A stretch of 64,000 bases of DNA from contig OY986949.1 in assembly GCA_963920595.1 (NCBI GenBank), forward strand, positions 1,116,001 through 1,180,000, written 5' to 3'. The position numbers were made by a program, and so were the translations under genes. Of this stretch, positions 34,067-46,476 are shown piece after piece. The notes beneath the pieces are model-generated. The model had not been told where the DNA came from and ran no database searches. It worked only from the letters and a program-made list of their open reading frames with translations. Each line of letters begins with the position of its first letter. Positions within the stretch are counted from its first letter, which is position 1. The DNA comes from Eimeria praecox (Eukaryota).

Positions 34067-35497
34067 TCAAAAAGCAGTGGCGCGCTGACCTAGTTTCATC
34101 ACTGTAGTTTGGACAGCCTTCAACAGTTGCTGTTGTTGTTTCTGTTGCTGATGCAAAAGTCTTGTGAAGTCAGCTCGCACCAACTGCTGTTTTCCTTGAA
34201 GAAGGCGCACCCGAAGCAGGATTTCTAGGATCAGAGCCTGAAACCCCCTACAGCTGGAGTCTGAAATCTTCATAAAGTCGTTGGTTTTCTCAGTGGCGTT
34301 GTATGCTGAGTACAAGGCAGCACGCCCTGCGGCGTTCTGGGGTGCAACTGACTGTGGGGTCGAGACTGATGGAGATTCTTCGACTGCTGAAGCGCTGTTG
34401 GTACTCAGAAGCTGCAATAACATGAGCGCTTTGCAGACGGAGAGCTCGTATTCTAGCTTCCCTTGGGTTTGCGCACCTGTTGTTGGTTCGTGGCATGCAG
34501 AATGCATGCCACGAACCACAGGTGGCTCTGGCAAATGTTTCAGTTTTCCACCTTGGGTTAGTCCACTGCAGCTTGAGGGCGTTACAGTCTGTCGTCCTGG
34601 AGAAATATAAGCGGCAGCTCCTTGCAAAACTGGGTTCGGAAGTCCCTTTTGAGTTGCGGTTGAGCCGTCCTCAGATACTAGTTGTGAAGGAGCATGAGAT
34701 AGCTTTTGAGAAGCGTAGCTAGGCTGCGTTAGTAAGTGATCATATGCAGCCTCGTCAGCAACGAATGATTCCTGATGAGATAAAACGTCTGCAGCAACTG
34801 AACAGCTCCCAGCATGGAACCTCTGCGGAGATTCGTTGTTTTGGGGGTTCTGCCCCGTATATCCAATATCTGCACAGCCCGATTGCAGGCGTAGCATCCC
34901 CCTGAGGCAACGGACTACGCATAATGATGCATGAAAAGCGTCGGCAAGGGACGTGAATGCGCAAGGTCTTAAGTCGAGCTTCTTCAGTTGAACGATATCG
35001 TCCAAATATTCCGCTGAAGCATGGGTTTCCCAATTAGCCTCTCCTTCACGATCACGTTGAGCCTTCTGCTTGAATTCATCCGGAGTAGTGAGAACGCTAC
35101 GCAGCTGCTCGTCGCCTATAGTACCCACCACAGGCCCTTCCGTGCTGGTGTTGAAAGAAGAGGGGAGATGTGCAGAAGGAAGGTGCCGCCCATCAGCTAC
35201 TGGCTGATCCGCATGCGTGCCTTCTACAGTCAATATTTCATTAGGAGTCTCCTTGCCTTGTACCGGGATGGATGGTGTATGGTGGCCTGCTGGATCGCTC
35301 GAGCCGTTGGTAGGATCCATCATTGGACGGACCGACGGTATCGGAAATTCGCCGTCGTGACAAATCAAAAAGGAAACAAAACTGAATGGCCTGCCGGGTT
35401 CTAAATGGGCGCTGAATGTCTTGATTAGACAAGTGTAGGGTATTTCGAGACCCGGAGAGCCCTCAAGTGTGCTGTGTGACCAGGCCAATCGCAGCAA
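34067..35497 (-). CDS. Hypothetical protein (long open frame, true start uncertain)
   Basis: 476-codon ORF, low-complexity and Q-rich at the C-terminus; no recognised domain. Confidence 0.5.
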   Translation of the reverse strand: MLRLAWSHSTLEGSPGLEIPYTCLIKTFSAHLEPGRPFSFVSFLICHDGEFPIPSVRPMMDPTNGSSDPAGHHTPSIPVQGKETPNEILTVEGTHADQPVADGRHLPSAHLPSSFNTSTEGPVVGTIGDEQLRSVLTTPDEFKQKAQRDREGEANWETHASAEYLDDIVQLKKLDLRPCAFTSLADAFHASLCVVRCLRGMLRLQSGCADIGYTGQNPQNNESPQRFHAGSCSVAADVLSHQESFVADEAAYDHLLTQPSYASQKLSHAPSQLVSEDGSTATQKGLPNPVLQGAAAYISPGRQTVTPSSCSGLTQGGKLKHLPEPPVVRGMHSACHEPTTGAQTQGKLEYELSVCKALMLLQLLSTNSASAVEESPSVSTPQSVAPQNAAGRAALYSAYNATEKTNDFMKISDSSCRGFQALILEILLRVRLLQGKQQLVRADFTRLLHQQQKQQQQLLKAVQTTVMKLGQRATAF

Positions 35498-36899
35498 TGG
35501 GCCAACAATGCTTGTAGCCAGTTATCATGAGCCATGACACACATTCCTTTAAACTCTTCCAAACAACTAATAACCACACGCGTTTCACTTGTCAGTGTGA
35601 AGCAGCACACTGGAGTCAGCCCGGCGCGTCGCCGCATGCTCGCTGCCATTGCCGGCTGTGCTACACGGAAATTGTGTTCCAGAAGGCTATTTTAGCATCG
35701 GATATCCATGCATATTGTTCAGCATGAGCTTTAACTGGGTATTAAATGCTTTACGGTTGTCTAAGCTCTTGGTTTCACCTTGAGCATGCCAATTAAACGG
35801 CGGCTGTGGCAAGACCTTGTAGTGTTGCCGACTGGCCAGGGTGAGAGCACCGCATGCAGCTGACGGATACACTGTCCATTCTTGGCTAAATCAAGAACAA
35901 TATAAACTTCTATCGGTTGAGGACAGTGGACTCTGGTGCCCCGGGCTTCACTGAGAATATCGCTAATGAAGAGGGGTGAAGGGGAAGGCTCCGACATTTG
36001 CGCGGAAGTGTACGTGGGTTGTACTGCAGTTAAAGTATACATCAGGGCAACAAAAACAGGTGAATATCCTTTCGGCCAACAAGCGTCCTGAGCAGAGTGG
36101 CCTAAGGGCCTGGGGTAGAAAGGTCCTCCTGGAGTTGGCACGGTTGCTTCTACTTGTATGTAGGCTGGCTGTTGAGGGCCTAGTAGGTGCTTAACCACAA
36201 TTGTCTACAGCTTTAGTGCATGCACCAAGAGGTTGTAGGGGTCTTACGCTTGCATGTTTGGTTGGCTTGCAGCAGGTTTTGTAGGAAGGTCTGCTGTGTG
36301 GTGAGATCCCTCGTTCTTCGTTGAGAACCATTGCGAGCTATAACAGAGTCAGGTGCTTAATCAGAGAGCCCCTAAATTGCAGCTAATCTCTTCTCCAGCC
36401 ATCAGGCGCCCTGGGAACAGCAGCCCATGTGCTTGGGGTTGGTTGGGGTACTGACCGAACATGGTTGCAGTGAAGCAAGGCAAGCCCGCATGCATCCACT
36501 GCCAATTCCTTTGATGCATGCGCTTGCATTGTGTACTGCAGCGCATACAGCCGTTAACACAGTTACTTGGCCCTCCGTAGTTAGCATGCGTGCAGCGAGG
36601 GTCTTCCAGGCTTCTGGCCTCCTCGGCACAGCGACCCAATGGCGTGGGCTGGTAAGGACGCGGGCAGGCCCGACACAGGCTGCAACACACCTTGCTGCAT
36701 TTAGTGCTGCATGGAAGCCCCACATGCGCATGCAGTCAATACCCGTTTGGAACCGTAGCGAGCTGCAACAAAGTCGAAGGCGTCAAGGAAGAGTTTACAA
36801 TGGCCAATAGAACTCCGCTCCATCGCGCGGCACGTCGAGCCCAATGCCTGGACAGGAAAGGACTTGGGCAGGCTGTCACGGGCTGCAATGCATCTTGTT

Positions 36900-39800
36900 G
36901 TAGCTAGTGCTGCATGGCCGCCCCACGCGCACGCACAAACCATACCCTCTTGCTTCATGCGCTATCATTGTAGACTGAAACGCAGATCGTCTTTGAGCGC
37001 TCTTCATTGTCCGGAGTATGCATGCGAGCAAGTACGGGCACGAGTACCAAAATCTTACAGAGCGTGTTACATATGCCTACTCCCTCATCCACGCTACACA
37101 CGTCGCACAGTAGCATAGGCCCTGGTCAAAACAGGCATTTTCCGCTGTCTGCATGTGTTGGAAGGCGTTTTGTGCCGGGATCCCAACGATGGTAAAAATG
37201 TGTAGGGTGATGCCGCTAGACCTCAGCATTCCCAAAGGCATGAACAGGGCCCACCGAACCCAAATGTGCGATTCCCCAGCCCAACAATATGGAAAAAGAA
37301 ACAAGAGTGCAGGTGGCGTCGCCGCTAGTTTAGCTGTAGATAGATGGGGTCGTGATATCATCAAAGAAAAATAATGAGACCAGAAAATAGATCGCTTATA
37401 TATAGGGGAATATGGACCAAATTCGGCCCTGCAATCGCCACCGAAAAGTGAATTGAAGAGCACATTCAGGCAGCGTTGCATATGCCCACGCGAGCAGTCA
37501 TATCGGCTAAATGAAGGAGGGGCTTAGACGATCATAAAAAATTGCTAACGACACATAATCCTAAAAACTGCACTCATGTCATCGGTCCCCTTGCTGTTTA
37601 ATGTAAAATTCACGTGAAATTCACGTTTGATATGGCTTCGCTGATTTGATGCACGTATCTACAGGATGTCTGTCTATCTCGGTTTCCTGGATTTGCTCCC
37701 TCTCGCTCTGGCTTGTTGCGGTTTTTTGCTGAGAGTTAGAAGAAATGTCGGTGATTCGCTGAGCCTTTTGAGGAAACCAACACTGGTATTATGATGAAAT
37801 ATCGGCGTCATCGGCAGCTCCACTGTGTACACCAGCGTGTTAAGTGAAGAACGAACAGAGAAGAGCCCTACCTGAAACCCGTCGTTTCCCTGTAGACTTC
37901 GAAGAGCACGCGCAGTCGTCTAGGTTAGCAGTTACTGCTGGGTGTCCTTTGGCATAGTTTCTTGTGTGACGTTCTTGTGACTTCTTCCATTCTCGCGCTA
38001 GTGCAAGCTGTTGGGAAATCAGCGACTGCAGGCCTACGGAATTGGTTACCTACAGCCAGTTCTAATTTGGGGTCACAGAAGGGCGTTTCAGGGGAGACCA
38101 GGGGCGCTTGGCAATGGCAAGTCAAAAAACATATTCTTGTGCGACAAAACCATTCTGCACGGGGAACCAATTCGATGAATTTTGCTGGGGTAGAGTCGGA
38201 AAGACTGCAACGTTGCAGTTAGTGAGTTCAGATTGGCCGCTTCCCTTCCGATGATCTGCGGTGGTCGTGATCGTCGATACTACGCAATTTCATGAACTCA
38301 CGGCAGAAAGCGCTATAGCATTTCGGGTCTTTGTCAGCGGCTATGTTTTTTCGGTGAACTGTGGAGCATCCAGATCTTGTTAATGAGTAGTTAGGCCACT
38401 TCTTCTGCTGTAGAACGATCTTGGTGTGTCTGCTCAATCCGCGCACAACAACGTAGAGGCTATCGCAACCTCTAGGTCCTGGTAAAACCACTATGAAAGC
38501 CATAAAGATGCCCGCCTAGATCCTTCTGGGGATCAGAAGATTCTGCAAGAGTCCAGATTTGAGAGTACTCCACTACTTAGGCTGTTGACACTCCGGGAAA
38601 GTAAGAAGATAGCCCTCGGCTGAGCGGCGCATCCCAGGCTACCCAAAGGAGCTAGCATTCCACTCCACCGTTGTTCTGGCACCTCCATGACCCGCTAAAA
38701 CGTGGTCGTGCATTTTGCTCAAAACGTTTATGGGAAGGGGCACTGGAACGTGTAAGTGTTAGAGTCTACAATTCGTCAGGCACCACACGACGCCGTTGTC
38801 GACCCTGTAGGGTTTAACCCGTCCCCATCATCTATCGAGGACTGCACCTGCATGAGTACATGGGGAATAAGAAAAGCCTAATTGAGTGAATAAAAGGGAA
38901 TCACCGCAAATAATACACAAGCACCGCTGCAGAGCACTGTGCCTGATCTGTAGAACGTGGAAAGGGTGCGTCAACGGCCACTTTGGTAAAACCTTGGGTA
39001 TACCTGATAATGAAGTCGTATTGCACAACCAGTCAAAGCCACCTAACGACTTTCTCATCATTATAGTCTTGAGAACTTTTCTTCAGCCGTATCAGGGATT
39101 TATGGGCGGTTTGAACAGTGGAATAGCTGCCATATAGGTAATGTTGGCATTGGTTGACTTCTCATAAGACCTCACGTACCGGTTACTTGTGCTCCCCTTG
39201 AAACGTTTTGACTAACGGGCGGTTGCTTGGTGTTTTTCTACTCAGTGCCATGTTGTGGGAACATCATCCAACTAGTGTTCCGCTGGCGTCCGTCGTTAAG
39301 AAGAGATGCTTCTCGTAATCGGGGGAAAGGAATCCTGTTGACGACGTCAGACGCTCGATGCGGCTTCTGGCGGCTTCGTCATCTCTCTCCTTCCAAGCAA
39401 GCTGCTTGCTCTTCTAAGTTTAAGGGAAACAGATGCGAATAAATCCAGAAATGAACTTGCAGTTGTACAGCGTGAGACTAAGGAACTTCTGGACGCCTAT
39501 GAGTGTGTACAAGGGTAGCGGCCACCTCTGAATCGTCCCCATCTTCGCTGTACCTGCTTCAACTCCGGCAGAGACACGAAAACCCCGGAAACTAATTATC
39601 TGTATGAAAAACGAAAACGTACGTCAATTCATAAGCCATCGCTCCTTGCCTAGCAGTTGCAAAACACGCTGCAGTTTTTGCAAATCCTCTTTTACATTCC
39701 TGCTGAGCACAAGCACATCATCCACGTATATTACAATATCCATCCCTCAGAGTGCCCGCAAAATGTCGCGATTGACCCGCCGCTGCAGTTCGGGTGGCGC

Positions 39801-41500
39801 ACTCACGAGCCTAGATGACTAACGGGTGTACCTGGTTTATGCATACAGGTATGGAATGCTGTCTTGTGAATGTCAAATGATGAGCACTCCTCAATGCAGC
39901 AGGCGGCCAAGTAGATCCTCGCTCTGAAGCAGTGGCAATTTTTGTTTCGCCCTGATTTCGTTTAGTAGCTTGAAATCGACACGCATGCGCCACCTCCCAT
40001 CCTTTTCCTTCTTCAACACTGGATTGCACCCGAAGGCGCTAGTTGACGGTTAAACCTTGCCTATTTAAAGAAGTGATTCTGCTTGCTGCTCGCTTTTCTC
40101 TTCAAGATATGGCGGTAGCAGGTACCTTGGCGCAAAACTTGGGGCCGAAAATGAGTTGGGTGAGGTGCATTGAGCATCCAGCAGATGGGCACTTCGCTGG
40201 AAGCTGCTTGTTTTTGAGTGTATCTGGAAACTCTTCTTTGAAATTAACTCACGCCTCCTTTCCCTCGGGTGTTATCGAGATCAAATTCCCCAAAACTTCT
40301 TTGTTGGTGGGCCCATCGCGGCGGATTGCTTGAATTCCTCCGTTACTCCCTGCATTGCCTGTGCACTTGCGTATCATAGAGGACATAAATTGTGTTCGAA
40401 ACGCTGACGGGTGCACTCTTTCATCGATTCCCCGCATGCACATCTTAGCAGTGTCGTCTAGGGGTGGCTGGTGCTCTCTCCCCTGAGCCATCCACGTCAT
40501 GCCTAGCATTAAGCCGTGGTGAAGTGGTCCAAACTGCATGTCCCGTGTTCTAATCATATAAGCAACTTCTGGATAGACCTCGCATTTAATCCTATATTTT
40601 TGCCGATTGTAGCACCCTTTCCTCCATCCGTAAATCGTAGTCGCAGAAACTGCGCCAACGAATGAACTGGTAGGCTCTACTTTCTTGCCGTAGCACAGAT
40701 ATCAGATCCTCTTCGCACCGTGTGTTAACTAGCGCTACCAGCTCCCGTTCATTAACATAAAGTTTGATAAAAACATAATTAACTCGCGGAGGACCTTCCG
40801 CCGCGACTTTCATCTCTTCCGGTCCTATTGCTGCGCCACGAGGTGCGTAGGGGCCCTACTTCCCTAGTCAATTTTTTTTGCTCGCCTGGCGGCGATGGTT
40901 GAAGTTCTGCTTATCTGGTCCCTTACCACTTTTAATGCACCTGGAGTCTTTGATTACGTGACATTAGGAGCGGGTACGCTGCTTGACACGTTCTGCCGGG
41001 TTTGTGGGTGCCGACCCTGCTGGCTATGTGACCATGCTTATTCACATGAAACATATACGCTGCCCGGGGCCTGCTGCCGGTTACTGCTTATCTCTTTCTT
41101 GGACAGACTGGCATTCACAGCCCCAATATCCATACGCTTTAAATCTGGCTAGGTTGCTAACCTGCTTCCTTCCTTCTTGGCTAGGGCTATGGAAGCGGTT
41201 TTTATGCGAAGGTGCACCATCACTTTTGCGAGCTCAACTATTCCTTTCCGGAATTCCCCTTCGGAGGCCCAGCAGATTACCAGTTGCTTCTCTCTTGGCT
41301 GGGTGGGGGGGGTGGGGGGCGGGGGGTGGCGGGGGGTGGCGGGGCTTCAACGCACGGTGCTGCAACTAGTTATCCAAGGTGGCCTCGCGTGCATGCACAG
41401 CTGTTCACTTTGCTGCATGCGCGAACCTTGTATGTTGTAGTGTAGATAGTCGTTAAACACTTGCTGGCCTTGTATAGCCAGCCTGCGACTAAGTAGGGAC
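36900..41500 (-). mobile_element. Second degenerate Ty3/gypsy (chromovirus-like) retrotransposon relic
   Basis: Minus strand: protease-like VFIKLYVNERELVALVNT (40592-40813), RT motif IVIYVDDVLV (about 39709-39738), integrase Zn-finger-like WLPGMRRSAEGY (about 38610-38645) and a chromodomain-like relic near 37260-37400. Collinear with the 9-13 kb relic; boundaries approximate. Confidence 0.8.
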
Positions 41501-42371
41501 AAGAGTACCGAAATCACATAGGCCATGCTTTACGCCAAATTAGGCATTTCACAGCATGCCGAAAACCGTTTGATGGAGCCTCCAGATCAGGTCCCGCTGC
41601 TGTCTGGGATTTCCTCTAGTGCCACGCCTCAAGGAGTAAGCCTGCTATATGTATGATATATGGAAGCCTTCTTGTGCCTGCGCTTGCCACTCAAACCGGC
41701 AATGCCAACGACGGGGCCGAAAGTATTGTGGTGCAAGCATCTCAGCTGAAGTTAGGGCTCCCCCTACATGGCCAGCTGGAATACTTTTCAATGGCTGGAA
41801 CTAGAGCTCCCTTCGTCGCCTGCCGAGGCAAGGTCAAGTGAGTTCCTACGGCGTACCTAGCCAGCTGCCATAAACTTAAGGTGAAATCTGCTCTAAGTAA
41901 AGATTCAGAGCAAGAAGGAATATAAACAAACAGTAAACGTTGCACAAAATTTCAAAAGGCGAACTTGCAGTAGATCTTCAAGGGCTCCCCATGGACAGGG
42001 TACGTGCAAGTATCGGCAGCAGGCGCCAATCGGCCCACAGTCGGTAACAACCTGCTTATCCAATCGTCCCCGCTGAAGGATTGCTTATTGCAGGAACTAT
42101 AGTAGATAATGTATTTGATTTTTATCAGTGCTAGGGAGATCCTGAAGGCATTTGAGGCCCTAGGACGGCAGGCACTCGGTCTTGTCTGGGGGCTCATTGA
42201 GGACGCGGCAAGCCATTGATCTAAGTAATTTAGAGTCATCCCAGTTGGTGAAATTGAAGCTTAGCCTTCGCCATTCAACTTTCTCATTTTAGGGAGGTGG
42301 CGAAGGAACTGTGCAGCGAGCCACCCGCGGAAGGCTGGGTAATCTCAAGGCTGGGGAGATATCCTTCTGGG

Positions 42372-45300
42372 ATGCACTGCGCGACCTCTGAAAGCCCTAC
42401 CTCCAAGGGCACGAAGTTGCAAGAATCCGTAACGGACGAGCAGCGTCTGCGTGAGGGTGAATCTGACGATCCCACGGGTTGTGAGTACTTGGCAAGCTCG
42501 TGCGCGACAAACGGGCATGCCGAACTCGTCCAGCCAGCCAACCAAGCTCCTATGATCGGACTGGGCAGAAGCACTAGCACGGTCGAATGCTCAGGTAGAG
42601 AATTTGAGCCTTCTAAAAATGTATCAAATGGCACGCAGGGTCAGGATCACTGCCTGCGAAAGCGGGGCGCTTCACATACCACAGAATCAGAAGGTATTGC
42701 TGACGAGATTGCTAATGGAGGAGAAGCAGCAGACACACTCCCTGGTGGAGGCATGAGCAACTCTGAGTTGCATCCAAGGCCATTGAAGTTCCCCAGACCA
42801 GCCCCGCAATCGGTGTGCGGTGAGGGGGCCGTCACAGAAGCAGTGAAGACTGCCGATCAGCTAAACGAAGAACCTCATTTGGGGAAAACAAAAGAGTTCT
42901 CGGCGTTGCAGGAGATGGCCCGTGAAACTGACTCAGCTGAAAATGTGCTCGATGGGTTTGTCCCTGGCGAACTCCCCAACGAGCAGCGACAGTCTGGCTC
43001 CGTAAACGCTTCTGAATTGTATCAGTCTGCCTGGATCCTCGCCCCCATGGTGCGGATAAGTACCTTGCCATTCCGTTTAGAGTGCCTCAAGTACGGTGCA
43101 GGTGAGGTTGGGACCGTAAATCTCGTAAAGCGCAGACGGGAGTAGCATGCAGGTGCATCCAAAGGTTGGGGGGATAGCGTACAAGGGTCATCCTGAGTGT
43201 GCGCCCGGCAGACATCGTCTACTCTGAAGAAATAGTGGACAGGAAGCTCATAGATTCCAAACGGTACATTAACAAGGACTTTGGCACAATCGGTAAGAGC
43301 ACAGCATACTGGTCACACGCAACTTATATATGCTGTTTTTCCACCCCTTTTTTGCTTGCGCCACGTGGCGCAATGAGGGAGAATCTCCAGAAACGCTTGG
43401 CTCATTTTTGCCATTGTAAAGAAGTCTTAACTCCAGGCTATGGACGACTATGAGTGCTGCTTCAGAGTATATCCACAAGAGCGATAGACGATGCGTTTTC
43501 TCCACGTGCGATCTCGAGAAAGGTAAAGTAGTACTGCAGCTCGGGACCGCAGATGCGGCGCGCGCCCTGCAGGCTGCAACTATTGCCATGCAGGTCCGTG
43601 CCGACTACATGCTTCCCCTTATACACCTTTCAATGAGTGACCCCAAAACGCACTTTTTAATACAGGCCCTGGACCTTGCTTCCGCACAGAGCACCGCGTG
43701 AAGGGATGCCTTGTTTTCGCTTCTCACAGGACATTGCGGCGGTAGACATAAATATGGGATGCCCTAAGAGCTTTTCGTACGCCGGGCCAAGCCACTTGGT
43801 AGTTAACCCTCACCAGCAGGAACAATCGCTTCAAGTATCAGCATTTGTCCGGATAGCTGCTAACAAAGCAAAGGATATCCTTCCTGCCCAGGCCTTGTGT
43901 ACTTCGTCGTTAGTCCTAGGATTCCGTAGCTCGCCTGTCTCTATATCATTTTCGTTGTTTGCATCTTTATCATTTTCGTTGTTTGCATCTTTTGCTTGAC
44001 AGGGTCAAAGGCGGCATGGGGGCAGCGTTGCTGCAAGCCCCCGACGTGGCAATGGATATTCTGAAGACACTGACTCGAAATNNNNNNNNNNNNNNNNNNN
44101 NNNNNNNNNNNNNNNNNNNNNNNNNNNNNNNNNNNNNNNNNNNNNNNNNNNNNNNNNNNNNNNNNNNNNNNNNNNNNNNNNNNNNNNNNNNNNNNNNNNN
44201 NNNNNNNNNNNNNNNNNNNNNNNNNNNNNNNNNNNNNNNNNNNNNNNNNNNNNNNNNNNNNNNNNNNNNNNNNNNNNNNNNCGAAATGTTACTTGCCCGG
44301 TGACGTGTAAAATCCGCCTGCTGGAAACAATGGAAGAGGTACGAACTTGAAATAGCTCTATTGCTGGGGCCTAGCAGGCCACCTTGCGATTGCAGGCTGT
44401 GGTTAGCCCCCAAAATTACGAACTACATATTGCCATGCAGCCAAAAGCAACTTTAGCTCGCTTGTCAGCATGCGCAACGCACCTCTACTGCAGTACCCTA
44501 CTGGCTGTGATGTGCGGATTCAGACAGTCGACTTCGCACGAAAATGCGAAAGCACTGGGATAGCAGCGATTGCAGTTCATGCCAGAGTATGCTGAAATCA
44601 TTGCGCCTTAGCATCAGCCCTAGCCCTGCACTGTTGTAAGCTCACTACTAATATCCTAGGTGACAGCCTTACTTAGTTCCTTAGCGGCTTCGACGCTTCA
44701 TTTGCTTCTACAGAAACGCCACGAACGACCGGCGCATAGAGCAAACTGGCAAGCCTTTCCGGTAAAGCTCCCTTACACCTTAATCTGTAGTAGTGAAGTC
44801 AGGAACTCCGCAGCTGGCTGCAACTGTATAGCTCTCGTCCACCAATGCTTCTTCCGCCACTAGTAGATAAGCAGCCCTCACATAGGACATAAGCCAAGTG
44901 CGAGCTGGTGCTCTTGAAAGTTTCATCGAAACCGACGCAGATTTTTCTTGCCCCTCACAAGGAACAATTCTACATTGTCATTAGAAATGCCTCCCGTGCA
45001 TGGTGCGTAAACCTCCGACGTTTTTTCCATTCAGCACGATATCTGTGTTATCACACGTTTTCTCCCTTGTGCCAACGCAGGTACTGGAAAGTGCGCTTAG
45101 AATTCCTCTAATCGCCAATGGTGACTTCTTATCCGCTGAAGATGCACTTCGTTTTCAAGTATGTGCAGCTTGCAGTTACTTGTTTTCTATCGAAGTAGAG
45201 GAACTTCATGCTCCTGAGTACTAACTGCTGGTATTAGAGCTTCTAGAAAGCTTTCTGGCACTGGCCTTTTCGGTGTGACGGTGCAGGAGGCCTATGGCAT

Positions 45301-45958
45301 CAGGAGTTTGATGTTTGCTAGAGGAGCCATGTGGGACCCGTCGTTATTTGCTCACAAGAAAGCATATGATGCTGCCGCTGCAGCAACATGCTCTTTCTCT
45401 CGTAGAACCGTTATTCAGGACTACATTAAGCGTGTACGCTGCGTTAAAAAGCATCACTGCAGATGCAGTCCACACGGTCTCAGCGAATACCTGCAGAACG
45501 CTGCAGTTGGACGAAGCCTCAGGGCCCATGTGGACTGCTTATGCATGATAATACGTAGTAGCTGAGCTTTGGCAGTTTCCCCCGTAACATTTTTGTGTAT
45601 GCAGGCAGTGCTGTGCGGATCGCCTTATCAATCGATAAAGTTTACCCTTCAGGAAATGACTGCGCGGGTATATTCATTTCACGTACATTGCCAGCTCCGA
45701 CGCTCACCTTGGCAGTCTTCATAGTTGAGCACCGCCTTTCTGTGATATGCAGCAGTGTGTAATGGTGGTCTTGCCTTTTCATTTTTCCCTCTTCTCTTCT
45801 CGCAGGACAGTGATAAGAATCTCAAGCTCGATTTAGTTGCGGCGAATTCGACTGCAAAAGTTTGCACTGTGTTCGGATTGGACCACTTCTACAACGGCAT
45901 CGAGCATGTGCCCTATGCTAATACACTCAACTACTACAAGTATATAGAACTCAAATGA
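42372..45958 (+). CDS. DUS2: tRNA-dihydrouridine synthase, DUS2-like (multi-exon)
   Basis: Exon peptides ILAPMVRISTLPFRL, DIVYSEEIVDRKL, VVLQLGTAD, DINMGCPKSFS, GGMGAALL, PVTCKIRLL, AIAVHAR, IPLIANGD, MFARGAMWDPS; stop at 45956-45958. Start taken as the first ATG of the long first exon (uncertain). Confidence 0.9.
44082..44281. other. Assembly gap (200 N)
   Basis: Run of N; both flanks carry CGAAAT. Confidence 0.99.
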
Positions 45959-46224
45959 AACACTGTTTCTTTGTGCAACAGTTTTAACCTGCCATCGTTT
46001 GCCATCATCTGTCGAGCTTTGTTGAGACTAAAGGTGGATCTGAGGATCGGCCTACGATGGCTCGCCGCTTTTTTCTGGCACGCCAGATAAGTTAATAAGA
46101 TCTTCTACACGTTGTACTTGCCATTGATTTGTACAACAAAATTTTATTGGGAGTCCACGCATGTGCTGTCCAGGTAAGCTCAGTCGTAGCTGAGGATACT
46201 ACGTACGTAGTGTTTAGAGTAGGC

Positions 46225-46274
46225 AGGACTGAACCCACACCCTGATATGTATATCAGGGAGTGGGTTCAGTCCT
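46225..46274. repeat. 50-bp near-perfect inverted repeat (hairpin)
   Basis: AGGACTGAACCCAC-A-CCCTGATAT-GT-ATATCAGGG-A-GTGGGTTCAGTCCT: 23 paired positions with one A/A mismatch. Confidence 0.95.
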
Positions 46275-46476
46275 ATAAATGCAACAATTCAAACGTGTTA
46301 ACTGGAATTTAGGAGCTAACACGGCGTATTGTGGATTACGGTAGTAGTTGTGTGCTAAATCAACAGGGTGGGCAGCAGGTGACGATGATTTTTAGATGCC
46401 AATAACCGTAGTGACGCAGGGGCATAATAAATGTAACTGAGCATTTTCCCCTGCGTATTCAGAAAGCGTTGCGGGC

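Noticed and set aside
35761..37200. Short ORFs and TGCATGC-rich sequence between the 476-aa ORF and the retroelement
   Set aside because: No supportable gene model, and TGCATGCA is a common genome-wide motif in this group.
43943..43993. Direct duplication of TATCATTTTCGTTGTTTGCATCTT in a DUS2 intron
   Set aside because: Simple local slippage in a polypyrimidine tract; no evidence of function.
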